Assembly (NCBI GenBank): GCA_041650715.1
Contig: JBAZKQ010000001.1
Coordinates: forward strand, 198,945 to 262,944
Direction of reading: 5' to 3'
DNA length: 64,000 nucleotides
From: Patescibacteria group bacterium
GTDB taxonomy: Bacteria; Patescibacteriota; Patescibacteriia; Patescibacteriales; UBA12465
Numbering within the stretch: position 1 is the first letter of the stretch; the number at the start of each line of letters is the position of its first letter. The notes under the pieces were generated by a model. That model made no database searches and had not been told where the DNA came from. It saw only the letters and a program-made list of their open reading frames with translations. The position numbers and the translations under genes were made by a program. Below, one piece after another: positions 47,234 to 55,896 of the stretch.

Positions 47234-48913
47234 TTACGCGGTCGCGATTTTTTCGTTTTTTTTCATTTTTAATAGCAGGGCTTCGAAATTGTTTTTTGGG
47301 GACCACTCAACCAGTCCAAGATTTACTAGGGTAGCTATCTCCTCGACGTCTTGCCGCCATTGCTTGGTCGGTATTTGGCAAGCCGAAACAATGGGAATAC
47401 CTTTATACTCGGACATTTCAGACCGGTTGAAAGCACAGGCAATCATAACCACATCACAGCCCAGATCTTCAACCAACTCAACCATCTGGTCAATCGATGA
47501 AAAATTGTTGCTAACATCCTCTATTATACAGACTCTTTTGTTGGCAGCTATTTTATGCCTTTCCAATATCGGTTCACTTTTTTCCTTCGATTTATCTGTT
47601 TTGAGGGCTGTCACTTTTTTGCTGGTAAATACAGTTTCTGAACCCGGGAAAAGATCACTCACAGCACCCGCTAAGAGAATGCCGCCATAGACAGCCCCCA
47701 GAAAGATATCCGGCGGAACCCAGGGGAGACCATTAATTTTGTCTGCTATTAAGTGGGCAAAATATCTGCGGATAGCTGGAATTTTTTCGGCGTAGGCAAA
47801 GTCGTAATACTCCGCTCCGACAAAATTCTTTTTAAGTAATTTGGCATCGGGTTCCTCGGATTCTTCGGGAACCTCATATGTGCCGTTGTAGGCGACTAAG
47901 GGGCCAATCATTTCTCCTTTTAGGTTCATTGCATTGTAGTAACCGTCGCAATTTTTCAGGGTTGTTAAAGGGTCATTGTAAATGATTAGGCTTTCTTGAA
48001 CCCAGAAATATTTTTCAATCTCAAGCGCTTCCGCCATCGCGACGTAGAGTCGGCGCGATTCTTCGGCTGCTTTTTGGGTAAAATCCTCACCTGACCCCGC
48101 GAAAATAACACTTGAAGAGGCGTTAATTGCTATCGAGCCCCAACCGGTGAAGGCTGTTTTTACAGTTTCTCTAATGAAGCCACCCTGTGTACCAACACCG
48201 GGAATCAAAAGCCACAATGAATTATCAACAATTGCACGAACTCGCGTGAGATGGTCGGAATAGACCTTTCCTGACCCTTTAGGAAATTCATAGGCAGCGG
48301 CCATGACTAAGCCGGAATTTTCAGTTATGCCGAGTTCTTTCGACCATTGTAGAATCTTTTCCGCCATAAATTCCCAGTAGCTTCCACCGTCAGCCAATTT
48401 GACATCCTGAACCTCTCTTGCTGCCGGGTTGCTCGTATAGCAAAGGCCAACGATACCCCTAAGCTTGTTGTCGGGATCGACCAGGAATTCCATGCAGTCT
48501 TTACCCATGTAAGGGGAAAAGTTCATGCCTTCGGTGCCGTCAATATCGAATTGAGCGATGCGATATTGTGTTTGCGTACGACCGATATCACCACGTTTGC
48601 AATCCGTGAACACGACGATATCGGGATACTTGGTTTCAATGTAAGTGATAACAACTTGCATAGCGATTACGCCTCCGGTAATTGCCTCCCAGTGCGCCCG
48701 CTGTAATTTATACATACAGGTAAAAGCCGCGGTAGCATCAATTATCCGCATCATCCAGATAGCGGTATCGGTGGCGTCATGCGAGCCGGCCGGACCAGGG
48801 GTTCGTAAATGGGCGGGCATTTTTTCTAAAAGAGGATCAAGTCCGACACAAAGCAAGGATTTGGTTTTTTCCTGTCGGCGTCGTAATTTTTCTCTGAAAC
48901 TTATCTGTTCCAT
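47234..48913 (-). CDS. pyrF: fusion protein: orotidine-5'-phosphate decarboxylase (type 2) + divergent phosphoribosyltransferase domain
   Basis: N-terminal half has LLCVGLDP, DCKRGDIGRT and LLIPGVGTQGG (type 2 ODCase). C-terminal half has the PRTase pattern GAVYGGILLAGAVS and VCIIEDVSNNFSS (PRPP loop). Confidence 0.8.
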   Translation of the reverse strand: MEQISFREKLRRRQEKTKSLLCVGLDPLLEKMPAHLRTPGPAGSHDATDTAIWMMRIIDATAAFTCMYKLQRAHWEAITGGVIAMQVVITYIETKYPDIVVFTDCKRGDIGRTQTQYRIAQFDIDGTEGMNFSPYMGKDCMEFLVDPDNKLRGIVGLCYTSNPAAREVQDVKLADGGSYWEFMAEKILQWSKELGITENSGLVMAAAYEFPKGSGKVYSDHLTRVRAIVDNSLWLLIPGVGTQGGFIRETVKTAFTGWGSIAINASSSVIFAGSGEDFTQKAAEESRRLYVAMAEALEIEKYFWVQESLIIYNDPLTTLKNCDGYYNAMNLKGEMIGPLVAYNGTYEVPEESEEPDAKLLKKNFVGAEYYDFAYAEKIPAIRRYFAHLIADKINGLPWVPPDIFLGAVYGGILLAGAVSDLFPGSETVFTSKKVTALKTDKSKEKSEPILERHKIAANKRVCIIEDVSNNFSSIDQMVELVEDLGCDVVMIACAFNRSEMSEYKGIPIVSACQIPTKQWRQDVEEIATLVNLGLVEWSPKNNFEALLLKMKKNEKIATA

Positions 48914-48997
48914 AAAAAAGGGGTTTTGGGGGTTAGTATTAAAGCGATTGATATTTATTGTTAAAGAATTAAATTATCTTAATATTTACGCCATAAT

Positions 48998-49026
48998 TTG
49001 TCAATTTTAGATTTTATGACTATACT
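48998..49026 (+). promoter_or_regulatory. sigma70 promoter immediately upstream of rmlD
   Basis: TTGTCA, 17-nt spacer, TATACT. The -10 ends 8 nt before the ATG. Confidence 0.45.
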
Positions 49027-49034
49027 GAAGGCAT

Positions 49035-49892
49035 ATGACTATTCTTATTCTTGGCGGGCAGGGAAATCTGGGTACGCAATTAAGTCGAGTTTTTGCTGAA
49101 GATCAGACGGTCGTCTCTTGGGATAGGGATGATTTAGATGTTCTGGATTATGCCCTTTTAAGTGAAAAAATCACCGCGCTCCACCCGGATTTAATTATTA
49201 ATACGGTTGCTTATAATGCGGTTGATAAATGCGAGGATAAAAAGGAATTTGAACTGGCTTTAGAGCTAAACGCAGAATTACCGCGCGTCCTGTCGGAACT
49301 AGCCAGGAGCCTGGGGGCGGTTTTCATCCATTTTTCGACAGACTATGTCTTTAATGGGACGGAAAACAAAATGGAATTTACGGAAAGCAATACTCCGAAT
49401 CCAATCAATAAATACGGTGAAACTAAATTTGCGGGAGAGCGCGAGGTATTAAAGCAATTTGAGCGCGGTTTAGACGCTTATTTAATTCGGACTTCAAAAC
49501 TTTTTGGCCCCAAGGGAAGTAGTACCTCGGCGAAGCCAAGTTTTTTTGACATTATGCTCGAACTCGCGCAAACTAAAAAAGAAATTACGGTTGTTAATGA
49601 GGAGCTTAGCTGTTTTACCTATACACCCGATTTAGCCGCTGCGGTAAAACGCTTGTGGGAAGTCGAAGCGCCATTCGGCATTTATCATTTGGTGAATGAT
49701 GGCCCTTGCACTTGGTACGAAGGCGCCCAAACCCTATTTAATTTAAAAAAAATTGAAGTATCATTGCGTGCCGTCCGTAGCGAAAATTTATTGCGCGCGG
49801 CCCGGCGGCCAAAATTTTCCGTCTTAAAAAATACGAAAATAAAAAAAATGCGCTCTTGGCAAGAGGCCTTGCGCGAATATTTACTTAATTAA
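49035..49892 (+). CDS. rfbD: dTDP-4-dehydrorhamnose reductase
   Basis: MTILILGGQGNLG, STDYVFNG, and YGETKFAGE (YxxxK). Confidence 0.9.
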   Translation: MTILILGGQGNLGTQLSRVFAEDQTVVSWDRDDLDVLDYALLSEKITALHPDLIINTVAYNAVDKCEDKKEFELALELNAELPRVLSELARSLGAVFIHFSTDYVFNGTENKMEFTESNTPNPINKYGETKFAGEREVLKQFERGLDAYLIRTSKLFGPKGSSTSAKPSFFDIMLELAQTKKEITVVNEELSCFTYTPDLAAAVKRLWEVEAPFGIYHLVNDGPCTWYEGAQTLFNLKKIEVSLRAVRSENLLRAARRPKFSVLKNTKIKKMRSWQEALREYLLN

Positions 49893-49897
49893 AAAAT

Positions 49898-50623
49898 ATG
49901 CGAGGAATAATTTTATCGGGTGGTTCGGGTACGCGATTACGCCCTTTGACGAAAATAACCAGCAAGCAATTATTGCCGATCTATCATCGGCCGATGATTT
50001 ATTATCCCCTTAATACTCTTATTAAGGCGGGCATTAAAGAAATATTAATCATTGTTGCTCCGGAAAGAGCGGGTGATTATCTTAATTTGCTCGGTTCGGG
50101 CAAGGAATTCGGGGTTAAATTCACGTACGAAATTCAGGATAAACCGGAAGGTTTAGCTCAAGCTTTTTTAATCGGGGAAAATTTTATTGATAATGAAAAC
50201 GTGGTCATGATTCTCGGCGATAATATCTTCGAGGATGATTTCTCGGAAGATATCAGAAATTTCAAAAGCGGAGCCAAAATCTTTGCAAAAAAAGTGAGCG
50301 ACCCGGAACGTTTCGGCGTAGTGAAATTTGATAGCGCGATGAAGGCCGAAAAAATTGTGGAGAAACCTCAAGAATATTTAAGTAATTATGCCGTTACCGG
50401 CCTATATATTTATGATAAGCGCGTGATTGAAATTGCGAAGGCGATGAAGGCGAGCGAACGGGGCGAACTCGAAATTACGGATGTTAATAATTGGTTTTTA
50501 GAAAAAAATGAGCTTGAGGTGGCCGAAGTAAAAGGTGAGTGGCTCGACGCGGGGACATTCGATAGCTTGCTTAGGGCGCAGAATTTTGCCAAAGAAAAGA
50601 TGGCGGATAAAATGGTTATTTAA
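49898..50623 (+). CDS. glucose-1-phosphate thymidylyl/nucleotidyltransferase (short RmlA-like)
   Basis: GIILSGGSGTRLRPLT, KPEGLAQAF, LGDNIF motifs. 241 aa. Confidence 0.85.
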   Translation: MRGIILSGGSGTRLRPLTKITSKQLLPIYHRPMIYYPLNTLIKAGIKEILIIVAPERAGDYLNLLGSGKEFGVKFTYEIQDKPEGLAQAFLIGENFIDNENVVMILGDNIFEDDFSEDIRNFKSGAKIFAKKVSDPERFGVVKFDSAMKAEKIVEKPQEYLSNYAVTGLYIYDKRVIEIAKAMKASERGELEITDVNNWFLEKNELEVAEVKGEWLDAGTFDSLLRAQNFAKEKMADKMVI

Positions 50624-50624
50624 A

Positions 50625-50657
50625 TAAAAAAGGGTCGTAGTATTAAACTACAACCCT
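50625..50657 (-). terminator. rho-independent terminator of the 82-aa gene
   Basis: AGGGTcGTAG-N7-CTACaACCCT hairpin. The T-run is present only on the minus strand. Confidence 0.45.
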
Positions 50658-50678
50658 TCGCGCGATTTAAATTTGATC

Positions 50679-50927
50679 TCAGACAACTGGAAAGCGATGA
50701 ACAAAAGCGGCTATTTTTTTTCGATTTTCGTCAAGCTCAATTAACAAATAGAATTTGAAGGATCCGGTGGCCCCATTGCAATGGGAACTTTGGATTTTTA
50801 CTCCTTCCATTTGGTTAATCTTGGCGATAGCCAGCATTTCGTTGGCCGATTTATCGGCAATTTCGCGAGCCCTTTCTTTTGTCTCTTCAATCCTGTCTTC
50901 GTCTGTCTTAGTCAAACAAGCTGTCAT
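50679..50927 (-). CDS. hypothetical protein (82 aa)
   Basis: ORF with an ATG start and a downstream terminator. No family recognised. Confidence 0.45.
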   Translation of the reverse strand: MTACLTKTDEDRIEETKERAREIADKSANEMLAIAKINQMEGVKIQSSHCNGATGSFKFYLLIELDENRKKIAAFVHRFPVV

Positions 50928-51029
50928 GTTGAAAAATTTTTAAATTAAAAGAACGAATATTTTTCACACAGCAAATATAAATCTTTTACTCATTATTGTC
51001 AAATTTTTTACGAAATTAGCCGCTAATCT

Positions 51030-52001
51030 ATGAAACTTGTAGTCGGTTTTATAACTTATAACGAGGCCAGCGCGAAATATTTGGCGGATTTTTTGCCAAG
51101 TTTAAAAAAGGCACTCAGTTTTTTGGCGCCTAATGAGTTTCGCGTATTTGCTTTTGATAATAGCGACCAAGACAATAATTTAAATCGGGACGCCCTGGAA
51201 TCGTTCAATGGAGTCGATTCCGGCTTTATCGAATATCTCCAGTCAGGCAGCAATATCGGTTTTAGTCGTGCTTACAACATCATGATTAGAGCTGCCAAGC
51301 GCCTGAACGCCGAGTATTTTTTAATGCTTAACCCCGACACTTTGCTTGAAACAGATACAATTTCGGAATTAGTCTCCGCCATGGAGAAGGATTTGGAGCT
51401 CGCTTCGGTTAGTCCGAAAATTCGCCGTTGGGATTTTGCCGCCAATACGAAGACCCGAATCGTCGATTCCTGCGGGCTGGTTCTTAAACGCGGGCTTCGT
51501 TTTGCCGATTTAGGCCAGGGAGGAGAAGATGATAAGCGTTATGATAAATTCTCTATTCTGGGTCCATCTGGAGCGGCCGGTCTATATCGTTTAAGCGCAC
51601 TTGAAAAAATTAAGGAAAATGAGCAATATTTTGACGAACGTTTTTTCATGTATAAGGAGGACTGTGATTTGGCGTACCGTCTTTTTCTACGTGGCGCTAA
51701 ATCATCTCTCGTGCCAACCGCTATCATCTATCATGATCGGACCGCGGCAGCGGCAAACGGAGGCGTGATTAAGAAAATATTTGAGCGGGGTAAAAAAAGC
51801 CGACAAATTAGAGCTTGGTCTTTTCGAAACCAACACCTCATATTTGTCAAACATTGGTCTGTCCAAAATTTGGCAAGTAAAATTACGATTATTTTTCAGG
51901 TGTTTCTGTTTTTTATTTTTTCCCTTATATTAGAGCAATTTCTCTTAAAAGAGTATTCTGAGGTGGGGCGCCTAAATAAGGTATTGACTAATGTAAAATA
52001 A
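51030..52001 (+). CDS. family 2 glycosyltransferase (rhamnosyltransferase-like)
   Basis: GT-A N-terminus (VVGFITYNE), DNSD, NIGFSRAYN, NPD motifs. C-terminal hydrophobic tail. Confidence 0.85.
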   Translation: MKLVVGFITYNEASAKYLADFLPSLKKALSFLAPNEFRVFAFDNSDQDNNLNRDALESFNGVDSGFIEYLQSGSNIGFSRAYNIMIRAAKRLNAEYFLMLNPDTLLETDTISELVSAMEKDLELASVSPKIRRWDFAANTKTRIVDSCGLVLKRGLRFADLGQGGEDDKRYDKFSILGPSGAAGLYRLSALEKIKENEQYFDERFFMYKEDCDLAYRLFLRGAKSSLVPTAIIYHDRTAAAANGGVIKKIFERGKKSRQIRAWSFRNQHLIFVKHWSVQNLASKITIIFQVFLFFIFSLILEQFLLKEYSEVGRLNKVLTNVK

Positions 52002-52048
52002 TATGATAGATTAGTCTTAATTAGATATTTACAAGTCTATTTTTTTAT

Positions 52049-53089
52049 ATGGAAAATTTATTAGAAAAAATGATCAAAGAAGAGAAGTCTGAGGAATTGG
52101 CGCGCTTAGACGCAATTAATATCGTTAATTCTTTATTCTCCGAATTATTAGACCGTGAAAAGGATATTTTATCCCGTCGTTTTGGGTTAAAAGGCGATAA
52201 GGGCGAAACTCTGGAAAAGATTGGCAGTCTTCATAAACTAACACGTGAACGCGTTCGTCAAATTGAGGCCGCCAGTATTAAAAAAATAAAAAAATTAGAA
52301 ACCCTGGAAAGCTCATTGGCGATTTTAAAAGACACTGTTCAGAATCTTTTAAGCGAACACGGCGGTTTGATTCGTCGTGATTATCTTTTGGATATTTTAA
52401 CCGTCATGGCTCTCGAATTAAATAATGAAAACAATGTTTCGGCGGCTGATTATGAAAAGAATCGCGCCTCATACCGCAATCATTTCAATTTCCTTATCTC
52501 GAAACTCATGGGTGAGGAGTTAGAACTTGTTGAAAATCACGATAAATTTAATCCGTCCTTTAAGTTGCGGGAAGAAGGCGTTGACCACCTCGAAGAGCTG
52601 GCCGATGATTTATTAAAAAAAGTAGAAACATTGAAGAAAACATATACGACCGAAGAATTGCTTGATTTACTTAAGAAACTTGATGCCTACACTAAGCATC
52701 AGGTTAAGCTTGCCGAGGGCGGGCAGAGTGATATTTCTTCTGTTTTCAAGAGCCAAGTTTTTCCCGATAAAGCTGAACTTATAAATAATAACAAAATTCT
52801 ATATTCTTTAATGCAGGCCGTTAAAAATCTGGAACAGAATAAATACGGAGAGTGGGGGATTGCGGATTGGGAAGAAATCAAACCGAAAACAGTCAATGAT
52901 AAAATTTATTTGATTTTAAAGCATGAAGCTAAACCTCTGCATTTCACGGAAATCGCCAAAAGAATAAATGACATGAAATTTGATAAAAAGACTGCTAACG
53001 CGGCGACTGTCCATAATGAGTTAATTCTTGACGATCGTTACGTGCTCGTTAGCCGGGGCACTTATGGCCTAAAAGAGTGGTCAAAATAA
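52049..53089 (+). CDS. sigma-70 region 4-like HTH protein with C-terminal HARE-HTH domain
   Basis: ILSRRFGLKGDKGETLEKIGSLHKLTRERVRQIEAASIKKI is region 4-like. The C-terminus KPLHFTEIAKRIN...TVHNELILDDRYVLVSRGTYGLKEW resembles HARE-HTH (RpoE delta N-terminal-like). No region 2. Confidence 0.65.
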   Translation: MENLLEKMIKEEKSEELARLDAINIVNSLFSELLDREKDILSRRFGLKGDKGETLEKIGSLHKLTRERVRQIEAASIKKIKKLETLESSLAILKDTVQNLLSEHGGLIRRDYLLDILTVMALELNNENNVSAADYEKNRASYRNHFNFLISKLMGEELELVENHDKFNPSFKLREEGVDHLEELADDLLKKVETLKKTYTTEELLDLLKKLDAYTKHQVKLAEGGQSDISSVFKSQVFPDKAELINNNKILYSLMQAVKNLEQNKYGEWGIADWEEIKPKTVNDKIYLILKHEAKPLHFTEIAKRINDMKFDKKTANAATVHNELILDDRYVLVSRGTYGLKEWSK

Positions 53090-53120
53090 GATAATTTTTG
53101 TATAAATTAGTCAAAATATT

Positions 53121-53157
53121 AAAAATCTCGAGATTCAACTCGAGATTTTTTGTTTTT
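53121..53157 (+). terminator. rho-independent terminator
   Basis: ATCTCGAG-N6-CTCGAGAT perfect hairpin followed by T-runs. Confidence 0.7.
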
Positions 53158-53202
53158 CCGAAAAATATGCTAAAATATAGATGTTAATATAATAAAAAAA
53201 CT

Positions 53203-54639
53203 ATGGATATAGTTATTAACACGACCGGCTTTGAACGGTTTTTAAATCTGCCCCCGGACCAGATGTTTTGGGCTTTTTTTACTAACTATGGTTGGTTGAT
53301 TTTAGCCTTCATTTTTTTAGCCGGTGCCCGCGAAGTCTGGCTGCTTTATGTCCAGACAAAATGGTTTAATGCTAATAGTAAGGCTATTTTACTTGCGATT
53401 GATATCCCTAAGGGTAACGAACAGTCACCGAAGGCAGTGGAGAATATGTTTACCTATCTGGGCGGTGCACACGGCACGCAGAATTTTTATGAAAAATGGT
53501 TTCAGGGGGTTTTTCAAAAATCATTCAGTTATGAGATTGTCAGCCTTGAAGGCTATACCCAGTTTTTAATTAGAACGCCCGCGGAATTTCGCAATTTGAT
53601 CGAGTCTTCGGTCTATTCGCAATATCCGGATGCGGAAATTTCCGAGGTCGATGATTATACCGAGGCCGTGCCTCATCATTGGCCGGATGAAGAATGGGAT
53701 GTTTATGGTTGTGAGTTTATTTTGCAAACAGATTGGGCTTTGCCGATTAAGACCTATGAGGAATTTGAACATAAAATGGGACCCAGCGAAACTCAATTTA
53801 AAGATCCGATGGCCTCGCTCATGGATTTGTGTGGCTCTATGCGCCAAGGCGAGCAGCTTTGGTTTCAGATTATCGTAGTACCGACTGGATTTGATTGGGT
53901 TAAGACTATCCAGACGCAACTCGATAAAATTCTGGGGCGTAAAAAGAAATCTAAGCCGGGTCTGGTGCTTCAGGGGCTCGAAGCCTTAGGTAACGCTTCA
54001 GAAATAATACTGCCCATTTGGCAGGATATTGATGCCAGTAAGGCCAAGGATAAGGATGATAAAAGAACCATGCTTGATTTAACGCCGAAAGAAAAGCGCC
54101 AGGTTGAGGCGATGCACTTGAAATCCATTAAGCAGGGATTTTTGACTAAGCTTCGGCTGGTTTATGTCGCCAAAAAGGATGTCATGAATAAAGCGAAGGC
54201 GATTAATGGTTTTGTCGGTTATATCAAGCAATTTATGTCTCTGGATTTAAATAGCTTTAAGCCCGATTTAAATGTTACGATGACGCGGGCGCAATATTTT
54301 CTCAAAGAACCGCGCACGCTAATCAAAAAAAGAAAATTATTCAATAATTATATTAATCGCTCCGGCCACGGTCGTCAGCCCTTTTTGTTGAATACGGAAG
54401 AGCTGGCCACAATTTGGCATTTTCCGGTTGAGGCTAATGTTAAATCACCGCTTATCCAAAAGGCCCCCGGCCGCAAAGCCGATGCGCCGTCATCCTTGCC
54501 TCTTTCCGAAGAAGAAGCGCCGCTTCCGGCTGATATTTTTACCGGTTTTAAAACTAATAATGAGTTTGACGAGCCATTATCGAATACAAATACGGTGCCT
54601 GATAAAGCGGCGGCACCGCCTAATTTACCTTTTGCTTAA
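53203..54639 (+). CDS. single-pass membrane protein (hypothetical, 478 aa)
   Basis: N-terminal TM helix (FWAFFTNYGWLILAFIFLAGA), large soluble domain, Pro-rich tail. Conserved-looking motifs LLAIDIPKGNEQSP and EELATIWHFP. Confidence 0.6.
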   Translation: MDIVINTTGFERFLNLPPDQMFWAFFTNYGWLILAFIFLAGAREVWLLYVQTKWFNANSKAILLAIDIPKGNEQSPKAVENMFTYLGGAHGTQNFYEKWFQGVFQKSFSYEIVSLEGYTQFLIRTPAEFRNLIESSVYSQYPDAEISEVDDYTEAVPHHWPDEEWDVYGCEFILQTDWALPIKTYEEFEHKMGPSETQFKDPMASLMDLCGSMRQGEQLWFQIIVVPTGFDWVKTIQTQLDKILGRKKKSKPGLVLQGLEALGNASEIILPIWQDIDASKAKDKDDKRTMLDLTPKEKRQVEAMHLKSIKQGFLTKLRLVYVAKKDVMNKAKAINGFVGYIKQFMSLDLNSFKPDLNVTMTRAQYFLKEPRTLIKKRKLFNNYINRSGHGRQPFLLNTEELATIWHFPVEANVKSPLIQKAPGRKADAPSSLPLSEEEAPLPADIFTGFKTNNEFDEPLSNTNTVPDKAAAPPNLPFA

Positions 54640-54648
54640 TTAAATTAC

Positions 54649-55881
54649 ATGCGTATTGGAATTGATGCCCGCTTCTACGGTCCTATCGGCAAAGGTTTAG
54701 GTCGTTATACCCAGGAAGTCGTGGATAATATTATGAAAATATCCGGTGTCGAGCAAGCCGGTATTTCGGATGATGACAGCGATAGCCAGCGTGGTGTCGA
54801 TTTTAATTTTGTAATTTTTCTTAGTCCGGAAAACTTTGACGAGTTTATCTGCAGCGGCAAAAATATAAAAAAAGTTTGTTTGACGACTCGGTGGTATTCT
54901 TGGCAGGAGCAAATAATCATGCCGTATTTTATTTGGCGTGAGCACCTGGACCTGATTCATTTTCCGCACTTTAACGTCCCGATTATAACTCCCTGTCGCT
55001 TTGTGGTTACGATTCACGATTTAATTTTGACACACTTTCCGACCCTGCGCGCCACGACGCTCAACCCGCTGGTTTATCGCTTAAAAAACTTGGCCTATCG
55101 GCTAGTAATCTTTAGCGCCATTAGACGTTCACGAAAAATCATCACCGTATCCGAATTTACCAAGACCGATTTGGTTAACCAGTTTAATGTTAGCCCGGAT
55201 AAAATAGTAGTTACTTATGAGGGTGTGGCCAATTTGGCCAAGGGGCGCGATTCTTTATTCGTGGCTAAATTAAATAATCAGGAAACTTTAGAGCAGTACC
55301 ATATCGGTAAAAATTTTTTACTTTACGTGGGCAATGCCTATCCGCATAAGAATCTTGATACTCTATTGCGCGTTTTTGCGAAATTGCTTCCTTTAAAGCC
55401 GGACTTGCGGCTCGTTTTGATCGGCAAGGAAGATTATTTTTACAATCGCGTCCACGACGGGGCACGCGCCTTAAATCTTTGGCAAAAAGATAATATCAAT
55501 AGCCCCGTTGTTTTTCCCGGTTATATTTCCGATGCTCAACTTGAAGTTTTATATCAGGAAGCGAAAGCTTATATTTTTCCTTCGCTCTATGAAGGTTTCG
55601 GTTTGCCGCCACTGGAGGCGATGGCTAAATCTTGCCCGGTCTTAAGTTCCGATCGAACTTCGCTTCCGGAAATTCTCGGTTCGGCGGCTCTGTACTTTAA
55701 TCCGGAAAATGAGAACGACATGCTTAGTGCGATTGGTCGCCTTTTAGATGATAATGAATTAAGGCAGGATTTAATTGCCCGCGGCTTAGAACAAGTTAAA
55801 AAATATAGCTGGTGGGAATGTGCCAACCAAACTTTGGGCGTTTATGAGCAGGTTTTAGCCGAAGCGGAGTCAAGAAAATAA
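54649..55881 (+). CDS. family 4 (GT-B, Glycos_transf_1) glycosyltransferase
   Basis: C-terminal EGFGLPPLEAMA motif. GT-B two-domain length. Confidence 0.9.
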   Translation: MRIGIDARFYGPIGKGLGRYTQEVVDNIMKISGVEQAGISDDDSDSQRGVDFNFVIFLSPENFDEFICSGKNIKKVCLTTRWYSWQEQIIMPYFIWREHLDLIHFPHFNVPIITPCRFVVTIHDLILTHFPTLRATTLNPLVYRLKNLAYRLVIFSAIRRSRKIITVSEFTKTDLVNQFNVSPDKIVVTYEGVANLAKGRDSLFVAKLNNQETLEQYHIGKNFLLYVGNAYPHKNLDTLLRVFAKLLPLKPDLRLVLIGKEDYFYNRVHDGARALNLWQKDNINSPVVFPGYISDAQLEVLYQEAKAYIFPSLYEGFGLPPLEAMAKSCPVLSSDRTSLPEILGSAALYFNPENENDMLSAIGRLLDDNELRQDLIARGLEQVKKYSWWECANQTLGVYEQVLAEAESRK

Positions 55882-55896
55882 ATTTTACAGCAAAAA

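Noticed and set aside
46980-47690. ORFs 46980-47306 (minus) and 47223-47690 (plus), which span the murF / pyrF-fusion junction.
   Set aside because: They run through the bidirectional terminator or lie antisense to well-supported genes, so they are shadow ORFs.
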